From a virus, in the IMG/VR virus record IMGVR_UViG_3300042541_002760: 64,000 bases of DNA; one strand, written 5' to 3'. Of this stretch, positions 46,459 to 56,919 are shown piece by piece. A program made the translations under genes and the position numbers. Every line of letters starts with the position of its first letter. Position 1 is the first letter of the stretch. Below the pieces are notes generated by a model. That model was not told the DNA's origin and searched no databases. It saw nothing but the letters and a program-made list of their open reading frames with translations.

Positions 46459-48780
46459 TTAATAGTCAATGACTATTTTGATTTCTTCCTTTTGTTCAAA
46501 ACCGCGCTGAATCGGCTTCATATTCTGTATGTATAGGATATCTCCCGATCTATATTTAAGTTCACCTGTGTGAAGAACTGTTGTCACACTTGCAACCCCT
46601 TCACTATAGTTCGATGTCATTCCCGCAACAATATTTCCCTGCGTTCCTGAAACTCGGAGTGTTCCTGTTGTGCCCGAAGCACCCACACTCCAATCCATAA
46701 CATAACCATTTGCTGAGTTTGTTGTTCCTGTTCCACCAAATACCTGATAGTTATCCTCAAAGAATGAAGCAGAATCAAATTGATTCGAACCATCCCATGC
46801 CATAAGAAGCGAGGTGGTTTGATCATATGCATCAACTCCATCCTGAACAAGGCTGTCTATTGCTACAATTTCACCAATTCCACTCAATCCTCTTTCTGAG
46901 AATCCCGAATACATTTGATCTGTTTGGTTGATTCGCTCGCCGTACTTGAACTCGCCTTGAACATTTTCCAAATAAAGATATCCCGACAGATTAGAACCTA
47001 ATTGAGGTTTCCAATCATATATGTCTGCGGTTGCTCTTGATGGGGGAGTCGAAGTTGCATAATTACCAATCCCGTGAGCAATATATCCCTCAACGAAATC
47101 GTTTCCCCCACCCGTAAATATAGTATCGGTTGGAGCAAGTTTAAGTTTAAGAAGTCTTCTAGATTCAGATCCTGCAAGGGTTCGTTCATCGACAGTCATA
47201 ATATTCAATCCACTGACTGTGCCGTTATATTCAAATTGACCATTCTTAATATTGGTCAATACTAACTGATTGGTTCCTTCATGTCCCGAAATTCCCACAA
47301 CCCATGAAACAACTTTGCCATATGCACCATCAAATCCTGCGGTTGCTTCTTGAGCAGCAGTAGATCCGACACTAAAGGTTCCCGTAAGACCTGGCTGATA
47401 GAACCGAAGGCGAACTTGTTTTTCTGCAAGAAGTGGATTGAGAAGAAGTGCAAATTGCCGATATTCATTTTCGGTGCTTACAGCCCCGCCTTCGTTTCTT
47501 GAATACTCTTTGGAGATCATAATGGAAGATGCACCAAGTTCCTTAACAGGATTTGATCCATGTCCACCAGGTGGAGACATGATAGGCGTTGCCAAGTCTT
47601 CAAGATTTACCTTGTTGGTAGGAACAAAAAGCCCTTCAACAAAATTAAGAGAGGCAAAAGTATAGTTTTTTCCACCATCAACCAACTCAATCGAATCAAT
47701 CATTTTTGTTATTTCAAAAAATTCAGTGCATGATGTAACTCCACTCGTTGCTGTCGCTCCAAATCGAATTGAAACTTCAGCCGATGTGGAATATGGATTT
47801 CCACTATTGAGATATGAGGTGCCATCACCAACTACTTGAATATTCGGAACAATTGAAAATTCACTTGCATTGGCTCCACCCGAAATACTACTAGAGAAAG
47901 GATAATTGACATTCACAAATGCAGAATTTCCACCACCACTTGGAACAAAATTAGTAATGACTCTTCTCTGACCCAATCCCTGCCCACTATCAATAGACAG
48001 AACCATGTCATTATAATAATCTGCCTGTAAGAACAGGTAAGGCGATGAAAGAGTAATTCCTGTAGCACTCAATCCAACATCAGCAACAACCGTATTGTCT
48101 ATATTTGGAAAAACACATTTCTTCGAAACAACAAATGGCTGAACATCAGGATTAATCTTGATATATGAGATCTCGCCATCAACAGCAGATTCCTGAGTAG
48201 TCCATTGTAGGATTCGCTCATCACTTGTTCTCAGATATTCAATATACTCAACGGGCATATATCCAATGCTATCGCCTTTGGTTTTTGTCAAGAACTTACG
48301 CTTTGATTCTGGAATCTGATACAAGAACTTCCAACGATAGTTATCTCCAAGTTTTCTGATACGAGTATCTGTATGGGTTGGGGCAACCATGGATGGAGCA
48401 CCATTATTATTATCGATGCACTTATAGACTCTTTCCTCATCTACCAAGGCATAGAATGGTGCGGGATCAAAGTCATCAAAGAGATCCAAATCGTCTCGAT
48501 ATGAAGTATAGACTACTCCTGCCGACCAATCGTATCGTCTCACAACAAGCGATACATCGGCACTGTCAATTCTTTTATGTGCAAATGCAGATTTCCAAAA
48601 ATCCGTATCATCCTTGACACTATCCACACTTCGAGGAGGATTTGTATCATCCGTCCATGATTGTATTTTTCCAATGGATAAGAAAAGATTGTTTTCATCA
48701 ACATCTCCGTAGATCCCAAGAAGGGCATCTGCGGCTATGCGTTTGTGGTTTTGTCGAAATGGGTCACAGGATCCTGGCAT
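46459..48780 (-). CDS. gp8: baseplate wedge subunit
   Basis: RYDW..G..Y..Y, VYKCI.NN, Y.WKFLY, SPPGGHG.NP..ELG, SGDILY. Confidence 0.92.
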   Translation of the reverse strand: MPGSCDPFRQNHKRIAADALLGIYGDVDENNLFLSIGKIQSWTDDTNPPRSVDSVKDDTDFWKSAFAHKRIDSADVSLVVRRYDWSAGVVYTSYRDDLDLFDDFDPAPFYALVDEERVYKCIDNNNGAPSMVAPTHTDTRIRKLGDNYRWKFLYQIPESKRKFLTKTKGDSIGYMPVEYIEYLRTSDERILQWTTQESAVDGEISYIKINPDVQPFVVSKKCVFPNIDNTVVADVGLSATGITLSSPYLFLQADYYNDMVLSIDSGQGLGQRRVITNFVPSGGGNSAFVNVNYPFSSSISGGANASEFSIVPNIQVVGDGTSYLNSGNPYSTSAEVSIRFGATATSGVTSCTEFFEITKMIDSIELVDGGKNYTFASLNFVEGLFVPTNKVNLEDLATPIMSPPGGHGSNPVKELGASSIMISKEYSRNEGGAVSTENEYRQFALLLNPLLAEKQVRLRFYQPGLTGTFSVGSTAAQEATAGFDGAYGKVVSWVVGISGHEGTNQLVLTNIKNGQFEYNGTVSGLNIMTVDERTLAGSESRRLLKLKLAPTDTIFTGGGNDFVEGYIAHGIGNYATSTPPSRATADIYDWKPQLGSNLSGYLYLENVQGEFKYGERINQTDQMYSGFSERGLSGIGEIVAIDSLVQDGVDAYDQTTSLLMAWDGSNQFDSASFFEDNYQVFGGTGTTNSANGYVMDWSVGASGTTGTLRVSGTQGNIVAGMTSNYSEGVASVTTVLHTGELKYRSGDILYIQNMKPIQRGFEQKEEIKIVIDY

Positions 48781-48787
48781 TGCTTTG

Positions 48788-48794
48788 TATTTAG
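48788..48794 (-). promoter_or_regulatory. T4-type late promoter
   Basis: CTAAATA upstream of gp8. Confidence 0.6.
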
Positions 48795-50914
48795 ACTACT
48801 TCCGTGAGTGGATTGACTATGAATGTATATGCAAAAAGTACAATCGCCTGTGTTCCAGGTATGAGCCTGTCCTGCTCGTCATACATTTCGAGTTTCAGTG
48901 TATGCCTCCCATCAGTAATTCTGCCAAGAGAAACTCTTCTCGTATTGATTCCTGTTGTAATCTTGAGGCGATTGTCTAAGAAAATCTTAATGGTTTTTGC
49001 ATTAAATATAGACAAATTTGCTTCATTTAAAATACCAAACGACACAGTTAGAGTTTGGAAGAATGGCAAATTCTCGGTATTTGTTCCGACAGGAACTGTT
49101 GGATTGTTTGCAATTGAACCCGATATTGGACTAATAACATTAAAAGTTGGTGGTGCGGGGTTTACAATCGTTTCGCTTCGGCAGTCAAATTCCTGCCCCT
49201 GTGGCATATTAAAGAATGCCCGTGTGGTGATTTTACGGAATTCACTCTTTTCATCATATTCGAGAAGCGCATATTTAAAATCATATGGTTCGGTGTATAG
49301 AGGAGCCGTGGGGGTAATGGTAGATTGGAGATCTGCAATCCATATTGCAATGTCTTCTTCTCTATTTTCTTTTCGATATGACCATTCTTGCCACCCACCG
49401 TTAGCATTTGCAAAGTCCTCAAGTTGAGTATTCCATATTTTGGCAATATGATATCCACGAGAAACCGTCTTGTTTGCATTGGGATACACAATCCAAAATG
49501 GATCTGCATTTGGGAAATCATTTTCATATAAAATTCCCGAAGTGGCTTCAACAAATGGTATGTTATTGCTAATCGGATTGCCCATAACTGCCAATCCATC
49601 TCCCTGTCCCCGAATATAAATGTCATGATTATCGGGGGAATATCCTGCTGCTGCCCCCCCCGTGAGGAACCACATCGAGAGATCATCAAAGGTCTGAAAG
49701 GTATATGGAACATAGTGACCGATGAGTGGTACACGAAACGACATTAATGTCGATGCATTCTGCAAGTCTGCTTCAACACATCGCTTAATTAATACAGATC
49801 CAAACATGGCAATTCCAACAGGATGGACAAGCCTTCGAATTATTTCTCGATAATTTTCAATCACAACTTCACTTTTCAACACATATGACCAATTTTGATA
49901 AAAGTGATTATCCTGAAGTACTTTATTTGTACTGAGGCGACCATCATTATTTGTGTAATATCCCGCAGACTGACACAATGCTCCTATGGAGACAGATCCT
50001 GAAAATCCTGATCCTCGAACTGATTGAACTTGCATTGTTGGAGGAACAATATAGTTAATTCCAAAGTCATCAATATTGATTTTTCGAATTCCACCAACAC
50101 TATCAATTTCTACAACCGTTCCTGTTCCTTGCTGTCCACTTGGGTCATTTGCAACAAACAAAATTCGATCACCTATTTCATAATCGCTTCCACCATTCGT
50201 AATCTCAAGTGAAGAAACCACACTATAAACCTTTACCTCATGAAACTCTTCACCACCATCAGTGAAATCAACACCAAGACTTCCTGTTGTAAATGTCCCA
50301 TTTCTCCCCGAAAGCAATAGTTCTGCAACAGGAAAGTTTCCTATTTGATATACAGAGACATCAACAACTCTTGCTGTTGCAGTTATCTTTCCTGCATTGT
50401 TCTTTTGAACGATGTTGTTTCCTGCAACGCGGTATATCTGATCGCCCAATACATTTGAAATTCTCAGATAATTGTTCTGTGTCCATCGACCCGACGATAG
50501 TCGCAAAATATCTTGTTTTGGATAGTAAAATTCAACCGCTGCATCATAAAGAATTCGGAAAAGGAACTCATAAGACTTTTCCGTTCCTTTTGCCAAGTAG
50601 AATTGCTTTATGTTTTTGAGAAGTCTTCTTGGATCAACGGGATCATTTGTTGTCTTGTTAATCGCTAGATTCTCAGGAAAATTCAACAAATACTCTTGCT
50701 TGAAATGATCGATGAATTGGTCAAGTGTGCTATCAATATCAGGAATGTCATGCATATCCATCGGGGAAAGAATTTTACCCGAATTTCGCTTTAATCCAAG
50801 CCACTCGTAATATGCCGATAGAAACGAAACAAGTGTAGGATGATCGACCCTGACAAACTCGGGAAGTCTATCGGGTACAAAATTTGAAAGTTGGCGTTCT
50901 AAGTCAATACTCAT
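48791..50914 (-). CDS. gp7: baseplate wedge initiator
   Basis: PEFV..DHP..V.FL.AYY, IK.FY..KGT..S..FLFRILY, LQD..FYQ..SY, VHP.G..MFG. Confidence 0.88.
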   Translation of the reverse strand: MSIDLERQLSNFVPDRLPEFVRVDHPTLVSFLSAYYEWLGLKRNSGKILSPMDMHDIPDIDSTLDQFIDHFKQEYLLNFPENLAINKTTNDPVDPRRLLKNIKQFYLAKGTEKSYEFLFRILYDAAVEFYYPKQDILRLSSGRWTQNNYLRISNVLGDQIYRVAGNNIVQKNNAGKITATARVVDVSVYQIGNFPVAELLLSGRNGTFTTGSLGVDFTDGGEEFHEVKVYSVVSSLEITNGGSDYEIGDRILFVANDPSGQQGTGTVVEIDSVGGIRKINIDDFGINYIVPPTMQVQSVRGSGFSGSVSIGALCQSAGYYTNNDGRLSTNKVLQDNHFYQNWSYVLKSEVVIENYREIIRRLVHPVGIAMFGSVLIKRCVEADLQNASTLMSFRVPLIGHYVPYTFQTFDDLSMWFLTGGAAAGYSPDNHDIYIRGQGDGLAVMGNPISNNIPFVEATSGILYENDFPNADPFWIVYPNANKTVSRGYHIAKIWNTQLEDFANANGGWQEWSYRKENREEDIAIWIADLQSTITPTAPLYTEPYDFKYALLEYDEKSEFRKITTRAFFNMPQGQEFDCRSETIVNPAPPTFNVISPISGSIANNPTVPVGTNTENLPFFQTLTVSFGILNEANLSIFNAKTIKIFLDNRLKITTGINTRRVSLGRITDGRHTLKLEMYDEQDRLIPGTQAIVLFAYTFIVNPLTEVV

Positions 50915-50919
50915 TCGAA

Positions 50920-52848
50920 TTATCTTGTGAAGGAGGCATCACTTGCGTTTCGGTCAATATTTGTTTTTTCTGGGATTGCAGTTGCCACAATAGACAACTC
51001 ATCAATTTGAATAATTTGATTTCTTCTTGCAAAGATATCGCTCTTTTCGGGAACTACCGTGACATAAAGAGAGGTTTCTCCCGTACCTAAAGTCTCGGGC
51101 TTAAAGTTTCTCAGAGATAGCAACCCTGTTGTATAGTCGATACTTCCGATATTCTTATTAACTATGATCTTGGTGGTACCCGATTCTTTATAGATTCGAA
51201 TGTTGCCATATCCATCATCATCTAAAAAACAATCCACAATAGGTTTAAGAACCGCAGATGAAGTTGCATCGCGATAACCAAAAACAGCACTAGATAGAAT
51301 CGGAGTATATCCATCAATCGGATGAAATAGTGGGTTATCAAACTTAATACTATATGGTGCAACTCTTCCTAAACTTGGCTCAAATCTCTTAGATATAGTA
51401 ATTTCAACTGAGTTGGACAACACAGCACCCGATGATCCGTCAATTGCGGATGAGAACTTAGACAGTCTGAAATTGCGCTGAAATAGTTCTAAGTAAGATG
51501 TGCTAAATGCCTTAATAAGATCAACGAGTCGAGCCTCAATTCCCGATTTATTCAGAGTGGTTTTTGCTTCGTCATAGTAAAGAGTAACATTCGGATTGAT
51601 GTATAATATATCGGGATCTACTACCTCAGGCATAATTGTAACTAGATTTCGCTCGCCCAAGATGGTTCGTTCGATTGCCTGTTTTTCGGCACTTGACAAT
51701 CGAGTACCTACCTTTGGCTTAATGCTAACATATACCTTTCCATATTGTGGAGGATCGTTTTCTTCACCTCCCCAAATAAAGAACGAATCTGCTCTATTTG
51801 CATATTCTCGACCAAGAAGTGCTTTATAGTCATCTGCTGTGACAGCCCTGTCCTGTGCCTGATAGTTTCTTGGGGCATAATATTTGATAGATGCAATGTT
51901 TTCACTGTCCTCGCCTCCGAATGAAAACAGCACCTTTCCATCCGCATCAGTATTGATTCTTACTTGATTTACGCGGGGATCGTTGCAGGTAATGGCTCTT
52001 CTTGCATTTGTTTCCTCATAGCCAATTCCATTTCCAAGAGAACCATTTGTGACAAGATAACGAAGATTGATAACATTGCCATTTTCAATTGCTTTGCCAA
52101 GGATCCCATCACCAAAATAAATTTCCCAAAATCCATCTCTGCCTTCTTGAATGAAAAACACATTTGAAGTTGAGTCAAGTTTATTAATGTCGGTTGCTTT
52201 TTTCCATAACTGAGATGATCCCGTAGTATCGCTTTGTGATCGCTGAACAAATACTCGAATCGTGTCAATATCTATATTGAGATCGGGAATAGTAAATTTT
52301 GCCTCTGTCCCGCCTTGTGTGTTTGCCACATATGCAACCTGTTTTGTATATCCCTGATAGAGGGTAACATCCTGTACAATATTCTCACCCGATCTACGAA
52401 CTGCTTTATAGGTATCCAAGGTGACAAAATTGACTGCTTTGCCATCAACATCTTTACCACGAAAGACGGTTCCTGTATCAAGAAATTCTTTGCCCTGAAT
52501 GACTCTCTGTGTGAAGATATCAACTGTATTGCCGCTTGGTGTCATTACAACATCGACTATGAGTTGTGCTGCCTTTTTTGATCTTGGCGTATAGTTTAAG
52601 TGCTTTGCAAGAGAAACAACCGATGGTCGCATAATTGCAGAATCAATGAATGACTCATTTGCTGCCATGTTTGCATAAAACGCTTGATAGTGTGTGTTGT
52701 ATGCAAGAAGATCGAGAAGGATTGATAGTGCCGAACCTTCAAAGTTGTAGTCCTTGAACTGCTCTTGACCGCTCAAGTACTCTTTTAAGTTTGCCTTAAT
52801 CTCATCAAACTCAAGCGATTCGATTGGTGTATTTGATATGTTACTCAT
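50920..52848 (-). CDS. gp6: baseplate wedge subunit
   Basis: F.DYNFEGS.LS.LLD.LAYNTHY, AP..Y.AQ.RAVT..DY, WGGE.NDPP.YGKV. Confidence 0.96.
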   Translation of the reverse strand: MSNISNTPIESLEFDEIKANLKEYLSGQEQFKDYNFEGSALSILLDLLAYNTHYQAFYANMAANESFIDSAIMRPSVVSLAKHLNYTPRSKKAAQLIVDVVMTPSGNTVDIFTQRVIQGKEFLDTGTVFRGKDVDGKAVNFVTLDTYKAVRRSGENIVQDVTLYQGYTKQVAYVANTQGGTEAKFTIPDLNIDIDTIRVFVQRSQSDTTGSSQLWKKATDINKLDSTSNVFFIQEGRDGFWEIYFGDGILGKAIENGNVINLRYLVTNGSLGNGIGYEETNARRAITCNDPRVNQVRINTDADGKVLFSFGGEDSENIASIKYYAPRNYQAQDRAVTADDYKALLGREYANRADSFFIWGGEENDPPQYGKVYVSIKPKVGTRLSSAEKQAIERTILGERNLVTIMPEVVDPDILYINPNVTLYYDEAKTTLNKSGIEARLVDLIKAFSTSYLELFQRNFRLSKFSSAIDGSSGAVLSNSVEITISKRFEPSLGRVAPYSIKFDNPLFHPIDGYTPILSSAVFGYRDATSSAVLKPIVDCFLDDDGYGNIRIYKESGTTKIIVNKNIGSIDYTTGLLSLRNFKPETLGTGETSLYVTVVPEKSDIFARRNQIIQIDELSIVATAIPEKTNIDRNASDASFTR

Positions 52849-53237
52849 CTTAGCCTCTGTAGAGCGATTGTGGTTGAGAATACTCTTTGAACATTACGAA
52901 TAGTGAAGTGAATTGTGATGCGAATCTCATTCCTATCTAGCACATCTACAATATCTACAATTGCATTACTGACTCTTTTCTCATAATTTCGAATGACCTC
53001 TGAAATTCGTTTTTTCAGTTCAATCACCATTATGGGTTCGATCAATTCGAATAGCATATCTTGCACCCCTGAACTGATTTCGGGATGAAATGGCTTCTCT
53101 CCTCTACGATAGAGAATTAGATTTCGCAAAGATCGTTTAATTGCCTCTTCGTCTCGGCGCAATGCAACATCTCCCGACAATGGATTGCGGTCAAAGTTAA
53201 TATCAAGATCGATAGATGTGTTCTGACTTTTAAGCAT
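52845..53237 (-). CDS. gp25: baseplate wedge subunit
   Basis: DLD..F..NP..GD, AIKRS..NL...GE.PF.P..G, L.RLR. Confidence 0.93.
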   Translation of the reverse strand: MLKSQNTSIDLDINFDRNPLSGDVALRRDEEAIKRSLRNLILYRRGEKPFHPEISSGVQDMLFELIEPIMVIELKKRISEVIRNYEKRVSNAIVDIVDVLDRNEIRITIHFTIRNVQRVFSTTIALQRLR

Positions 53238-53875
53238 TATTGTAGTGCCAATTCAAGTTCGATATAGTCCCGTGCTTGCTCAAACTGTTGTCTAATTCTT
53301 TTTTCTTCTTCTACCGTTGGAACTTCAGTTTCATGAAACCACTCCAATTGCACAAATCCAATATACAAATCTTGTTTCATGATTGGCAAAATACTGTATC
53401 GAACAATTCCATTTGACTTGTTGTATGACCGAAAATAGCCGTCAGGCATTCCTTCTGTTATGTAAGATCCTGGACTATCATCTCGCATATTCTCGATGAG
53501 ATTCCAAAACATTGTGACTAAAATGCCCTGTAGATTCCCACCGTCATATACCACTCCCCGTTCACATGATTCGTGGGTGATACTGAATTTTTTCATGGGA
53601 GTTCCATCAAGAAATTTTCCACCATTATGGAAGTATCCAATTTTTGCTTTTTCTGCGCCTGTCTGAATTCTTAACCCCGTCAGAGTTTCATGGATGTTTG
53701 TGTGCTTTAATTGAAAATTTGAACCCCTAGAATTTATAGAAGCCTCTTCAATATAAAGTTTGTCTTCTTGTTTTTTCTTTGATCTTGCATATGCAATGCC
53801 TGTGAGAACGCCACCGATAACTCCTGAAACGGCGATTCCAAGTTCAAACCAAATTTGAATTAATGGGGAACTCAT
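53237..53875 (-). CDS. membrane protein with C-terminal GAF-like domain (holin T-like candidate)
   Basis: One N-terminal TM; FHNGG.F..G..MKKFS.THE; ..LPI....IGFV.LEW. Confidence 0.6.
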   Translation of the reverse strand: MSSPLIQIWFELGIAVSGVIGGVLTGIAYARSKKKQEDKLYIEEASINSRGSNFQLKHTNIHETLTGLRIQTGAEKAKIGYFHNGGKFLDGTPMKKFSITHESCERGVVYDGGNLQGILVTMFWNLIENMRDDSPGSYITEGMPDGYFRSYNKSNGIVRYSILPIMKQDLYIGFVQLEWFHETEVPTVEEEKRIRQQFEQARDYIELELALQ

Positions 53876-53881
53876 ATTGTA

Positions 53882-54169
53882 TTAACCTCCACAATATACA
53901 TTTGTACTGCCTCTAGCACAGGCAGATCCACAATGAACAGGATCTGCTACCCGTGCTGCGGGAAGGCTATTGATATAAACAGAAGACGATCCAATTGCTG
54001 TTTTGCTTACATGGCAGTTATCGCCACAGCAATGAGTTGCCCATTTATCGCCCTTTCGATGCCATCCAAGACTGTTAACGAATACATTCTTTGATCCTTC
54101 AAGATTTGGTCTTGGGGGAAAACACCGATGTCCTGTGCATATGTCCGTGTGTCTATGTGCGGCTGGCAT
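53882..54169 (-). CDS. PAAR spike-tip protein (gp5.4-like)
   Basis: D.CTGH.CFPP, GS.NVFVN, PAARVAD..CGS..A.GS.NV. Confidence 0.92.
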   Translation of the reverse strand: MPAAHRHTDICTGHRCFPPRPNLEGSKNVFVNSLGWHRKGDKWATHCCGDNCHVSKTAIGSSSVYINSLPAARVADPVHCGSACARGSTNVYCGG

Positions 54170-54178
54170 AAAACTCCT

Positions 54179-54967
54179 TTAGCAACTTCGAAAATAACCA
54201 CGATCTTTCATGGTGGTAAGATATTCTTTATTTGTCACGGGGAATCCATCAATGAACATCTGATTTCTGATATTTAGGATGAATTCATCTCTGTCCGATG
54301 ACCAATTGTTGTCTGTGTCGATTATGAACCTTCCGTCAATGTAACTGCTCGGCAATAAAGAATCAAATGCCCTTGCTACAAACCGAATTCCCTTGGCAAT
54401 TGGAAACCCTGCTCGATACAAAGAAGCAGATCCTCGCTTGGCATAGTTGTCTTCTGTAAACTTCCTAGGAGTTTGTTCACCATAATCAAATGCAAAGGTG
54501 TCTGCTGCAACAATATCCCGATCCTCTTGTGGAATTCCTGCGGGATTAGTAAGTCCAAATTCTAAGGGAAAGATATCATCCAAGTCATCAATTTTGCCAT
54601 ACAGATGTCCCGTATCGATGTCGAGAGTCAAACTCGGGGGGAATACACCTTCTATAATTGCATATTTAATCGGCCCACCTGTTGGAGGGGGAGCACCAAC
54701 ATAATTGTAATAGACTGCCACAAGTTTTAAGCCAATGCTACAATCAACACCCTGTTCTTGGGGGCGAAGAACCCTTTGCTGTTCAAATATTGGTCTAGAG
54801 GGAGAGGTTTCATTGTATGACTGATTCATCAATGCAGGACTCATCCAAAGAATATCCTCTATTATCGTGTCTGTCAGGGATTCGTCTTGTTCAACGATGT
54901 TCAATTCACCGAACCCATCGGGATAATAAAACTCTATCGGAAGAATTCCTGTCATATTTGCTACCAT
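54179..54967 (-). CDS. baseplate-associated protein with putative Ig-like segment
   Basis: Y.II.G..PP.LTLD..TG.L.G. Confidence 0.55.
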   Translation of the reverse strand: MVANMTGILPIEFYYPDGFGELNIVEQDESLTDTIIEDILWMSPALMNQSYNETSPSRPIFEQQRVLRPQEQGVDCSIGLKLVAVYYNYVGAPPPTGGPIKYAIIEGVFPPSLTLDIDTGHLYGKIDDLDDIFPLEFGLTNPAGIPQEDRDIVAADTFAFDYGEQTPRKFTEDNYAKRGSASLYRAGFPIAKGIRFVARAFDSLLPSSYIDGRFIIDTDNNWSSDRDEFILNIRNQMFIDGFPVTNKEYLTTMKDRGYFRSC

Positions 54968-55686
54968 CAGAACTCTCCTGCATCAATTAGATCGTTTAGA
55001 CTCTTGACTGTAACATCAGGAGATTCAAGAATAATATTGGGATTTGTACCATATGGAACAGGCTCTGCGATAAATGGATCAATTGGCGATGCTGTATCGA
55101 ATTTCAAGGCATCTCCCATTTGAGGAATTGGTGGAACATCAACCGTTCCTTGAGGCTTACCACATGAGATTGTTGGGATGCTCCCTTGGATCGCTGCTGA
55201 AATATCATTCACAGCACTGTTCAGTTTTCCAATAACTCCTAGAATTGCATCAGAAGCAAATTCAAGAGAAGGAAGAGTTATGCCATTGATACCTGCCATG
55301 ATTTCATTTAGTGATGGAAGATCGCCCAATTTTAGGTTTGGAAGATCAAGATCAAACGAGGAAGTATCTCCCATGAATGCACATATATCAATATTGGGAA
55401 TACTTGCGAGATCGCCACGCTGTGCCGTTAATTCGTTAATACTCTTCTTTGATTCTGAAAAATCGGTAGCAACAGGCACATTCACCATTCCCTTAATACT
55501 AACCTCTTCGCCCGTTGATGCTACGGATTTGTCTGCTGCTCCCAATGCGGCATAACTTTTTGTCTGATTGTCTTGCTCATTGGTATATGTTTCAATGTCC
55601 TGTGTTGTGTATACAGAACCTTGAGCACTTCTTGATGGAGTTGCTGTTGTAACGGGAACTGATCGATTGGGAATATTAAAACACAT
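54967..55686 (-). CDS. hypothetical protein downstream of gp5
   Basis: Operon-coupled ORF. Confidence 0.65.
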   Translation of the reverse strand: MCFNIPNRSVPVTTATPSRSAQGSVYTTQDIETYTNEQDNQTKSYAALGAADKSVASTGEEVSIKGMVNVPVATDFSESKKSINELTAQRGDLASIPNIDICAFMGDTSSFDLDLPNLKLGDLPSLNEIMAGINGITLPSLEFASDAILGVIGKLNSAVNDISAAIQGSIPTISCGKPQGTVDVPPIPQMGDALKFDTASPIDPFIAEPVPYGTNPNIILESPDVTVKSLNDLIDAGEF

Positions 55687-55689
55687 AGG

Positions 55690-56919
55690 TTATTCTCGAT
55701 TCTTTATCTGTAAATCTGTTGGGCTTAGTCGATCAATCAATCCATTAACAAGACCTCTTGCTTTGCTCAAGAGTGTCTGTACTGTTGATGAATTTTCTCC
55801 TTCAGGATTCAAGTCTATGCGCGGTGCTACAATAACCATATTTCCTTCACTTGATAGTGTGTATGTTCCTTTGACTTTATGCAAACAATTTCCACCAACA
55901 TCAGTGGTCATATTGCCCTTTACATACATCTTTACATCACCACCAACTTCAATTTCAAGATCTTTCCCCATCATTATCTTCAATGTTTTGTTTGCATTGA
56001 AAGAGCAATTGCCCTTAACGAGGATCATCTTATCGTTTGTAGTAATGTCCCATGCATTACCAACAACCTTGTGAACTTCACTTCCTCTCGGATGAATTTC
56101 AGTAAATGTGCCCGAGCAATGATACCAATGAATTCGTTCTGCCCCTGGCGTATCATCATATTCAATAACATGCCCTGCCTGAGATTCATATACATTGTTG
56201 AATGGATATTGGGCTGCATATGGAGTTTGTGGTTCTGACCAAAATCCATACAGAGCGGTTGCACAAATTTCTAAGTCATTTTTCTTTTTATGTACGATAG
56301 TATTTTCAATTTGCTCATTTCTTGCAAGGCGATTTGTATCTGCCTCACCCATTCTAGAGATCAGTGGATAGAGACCATCGGGATCAGCAAATCCCATTGT
56401 CGGATCAATTGTTGGATTCTTAGGAAGTTGGTATGGTTTAATTCCAACATCATTTTTTGCAGCATCTAATGATGCAAGAATTTCAGTCTTTTTACTTTCA
56501 ACTTCAGCAGCAAACATTTTTTTAACACTTTCAGGATCTGCAAACGGAATATTTGGTATCTCTGAAAGTTCCCAAGGAATAGGAATATTTACAGTGTTAA
56601 TGCCGCCAATTGATCCCATAACCACAGGCTCTTGTGAATTTGTACCATCTCGAAAGAATCCAATAACCCATGCTCCCTGAACAAGCCCTGTAGGAGACCA
56701 TCCTTTGCCCGATACCGATGTGCTATTTACAGGCATAAGCACATGCGCCCATGGAAGATCTTGTGTTGGTATTTGTGTCTTGTCGTTTGAGTGCCATCCA
56801 AGAATGCGAACACGAACGCGACCTAACTTTAACGGATCGTAAATGTCTTCGACAACTCCTTGCCACCAAATAAAGCCATTCTTCCCCATGTATTCTGCTT
56901 TTATCGGTTCCTGATTCAT
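55690..56919 (-). CDS. gp5: baseplate hub/spike protein (OB fold + beta-helix, no lysozyme domain)
   Basis: WW.GVVED..DP..LGRVRVR..G.H, LPWA, YP.N.V.ES..GH..EYDDTPG.ERI. Confidence 0.95.
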   Translation of the reverse strand: MNQEPIKAEYMGKNGFIWWQGVVEDIYDPLKLGRVRVRILGWHSNDKTQIPTQDLPWAHVLMPVNSTSVSGKGWSPTGLVQGAWVIGFFRDGTNSQEPVVMGSIGGINTVNIPIPWELSEIPNIPFADPESVKKMFAAEVESKKTEILASLDAAKNDVGIKPYQLPKNPTIDPTMGFADPDGLYPLISRMGEADTNRLARNEQIENTIVHKKKNDLEICATALYGFWSEPQTPYAAQYPFNNVYESQAGHVIEYDDTPGAERIHWYHCSGTFTEIHPRGSEVHKVVGNAWDITTNDKMILVKGNCSFNANKTLKIMMGKDLEIEVGGDVKMYVKGNMTTDVGGNCLHKVKGTYTLSSEGNMVIVAPRIDLNPEGENSSTVQTLLSKARGLVNGLIDRLSPTDLQIKNRE

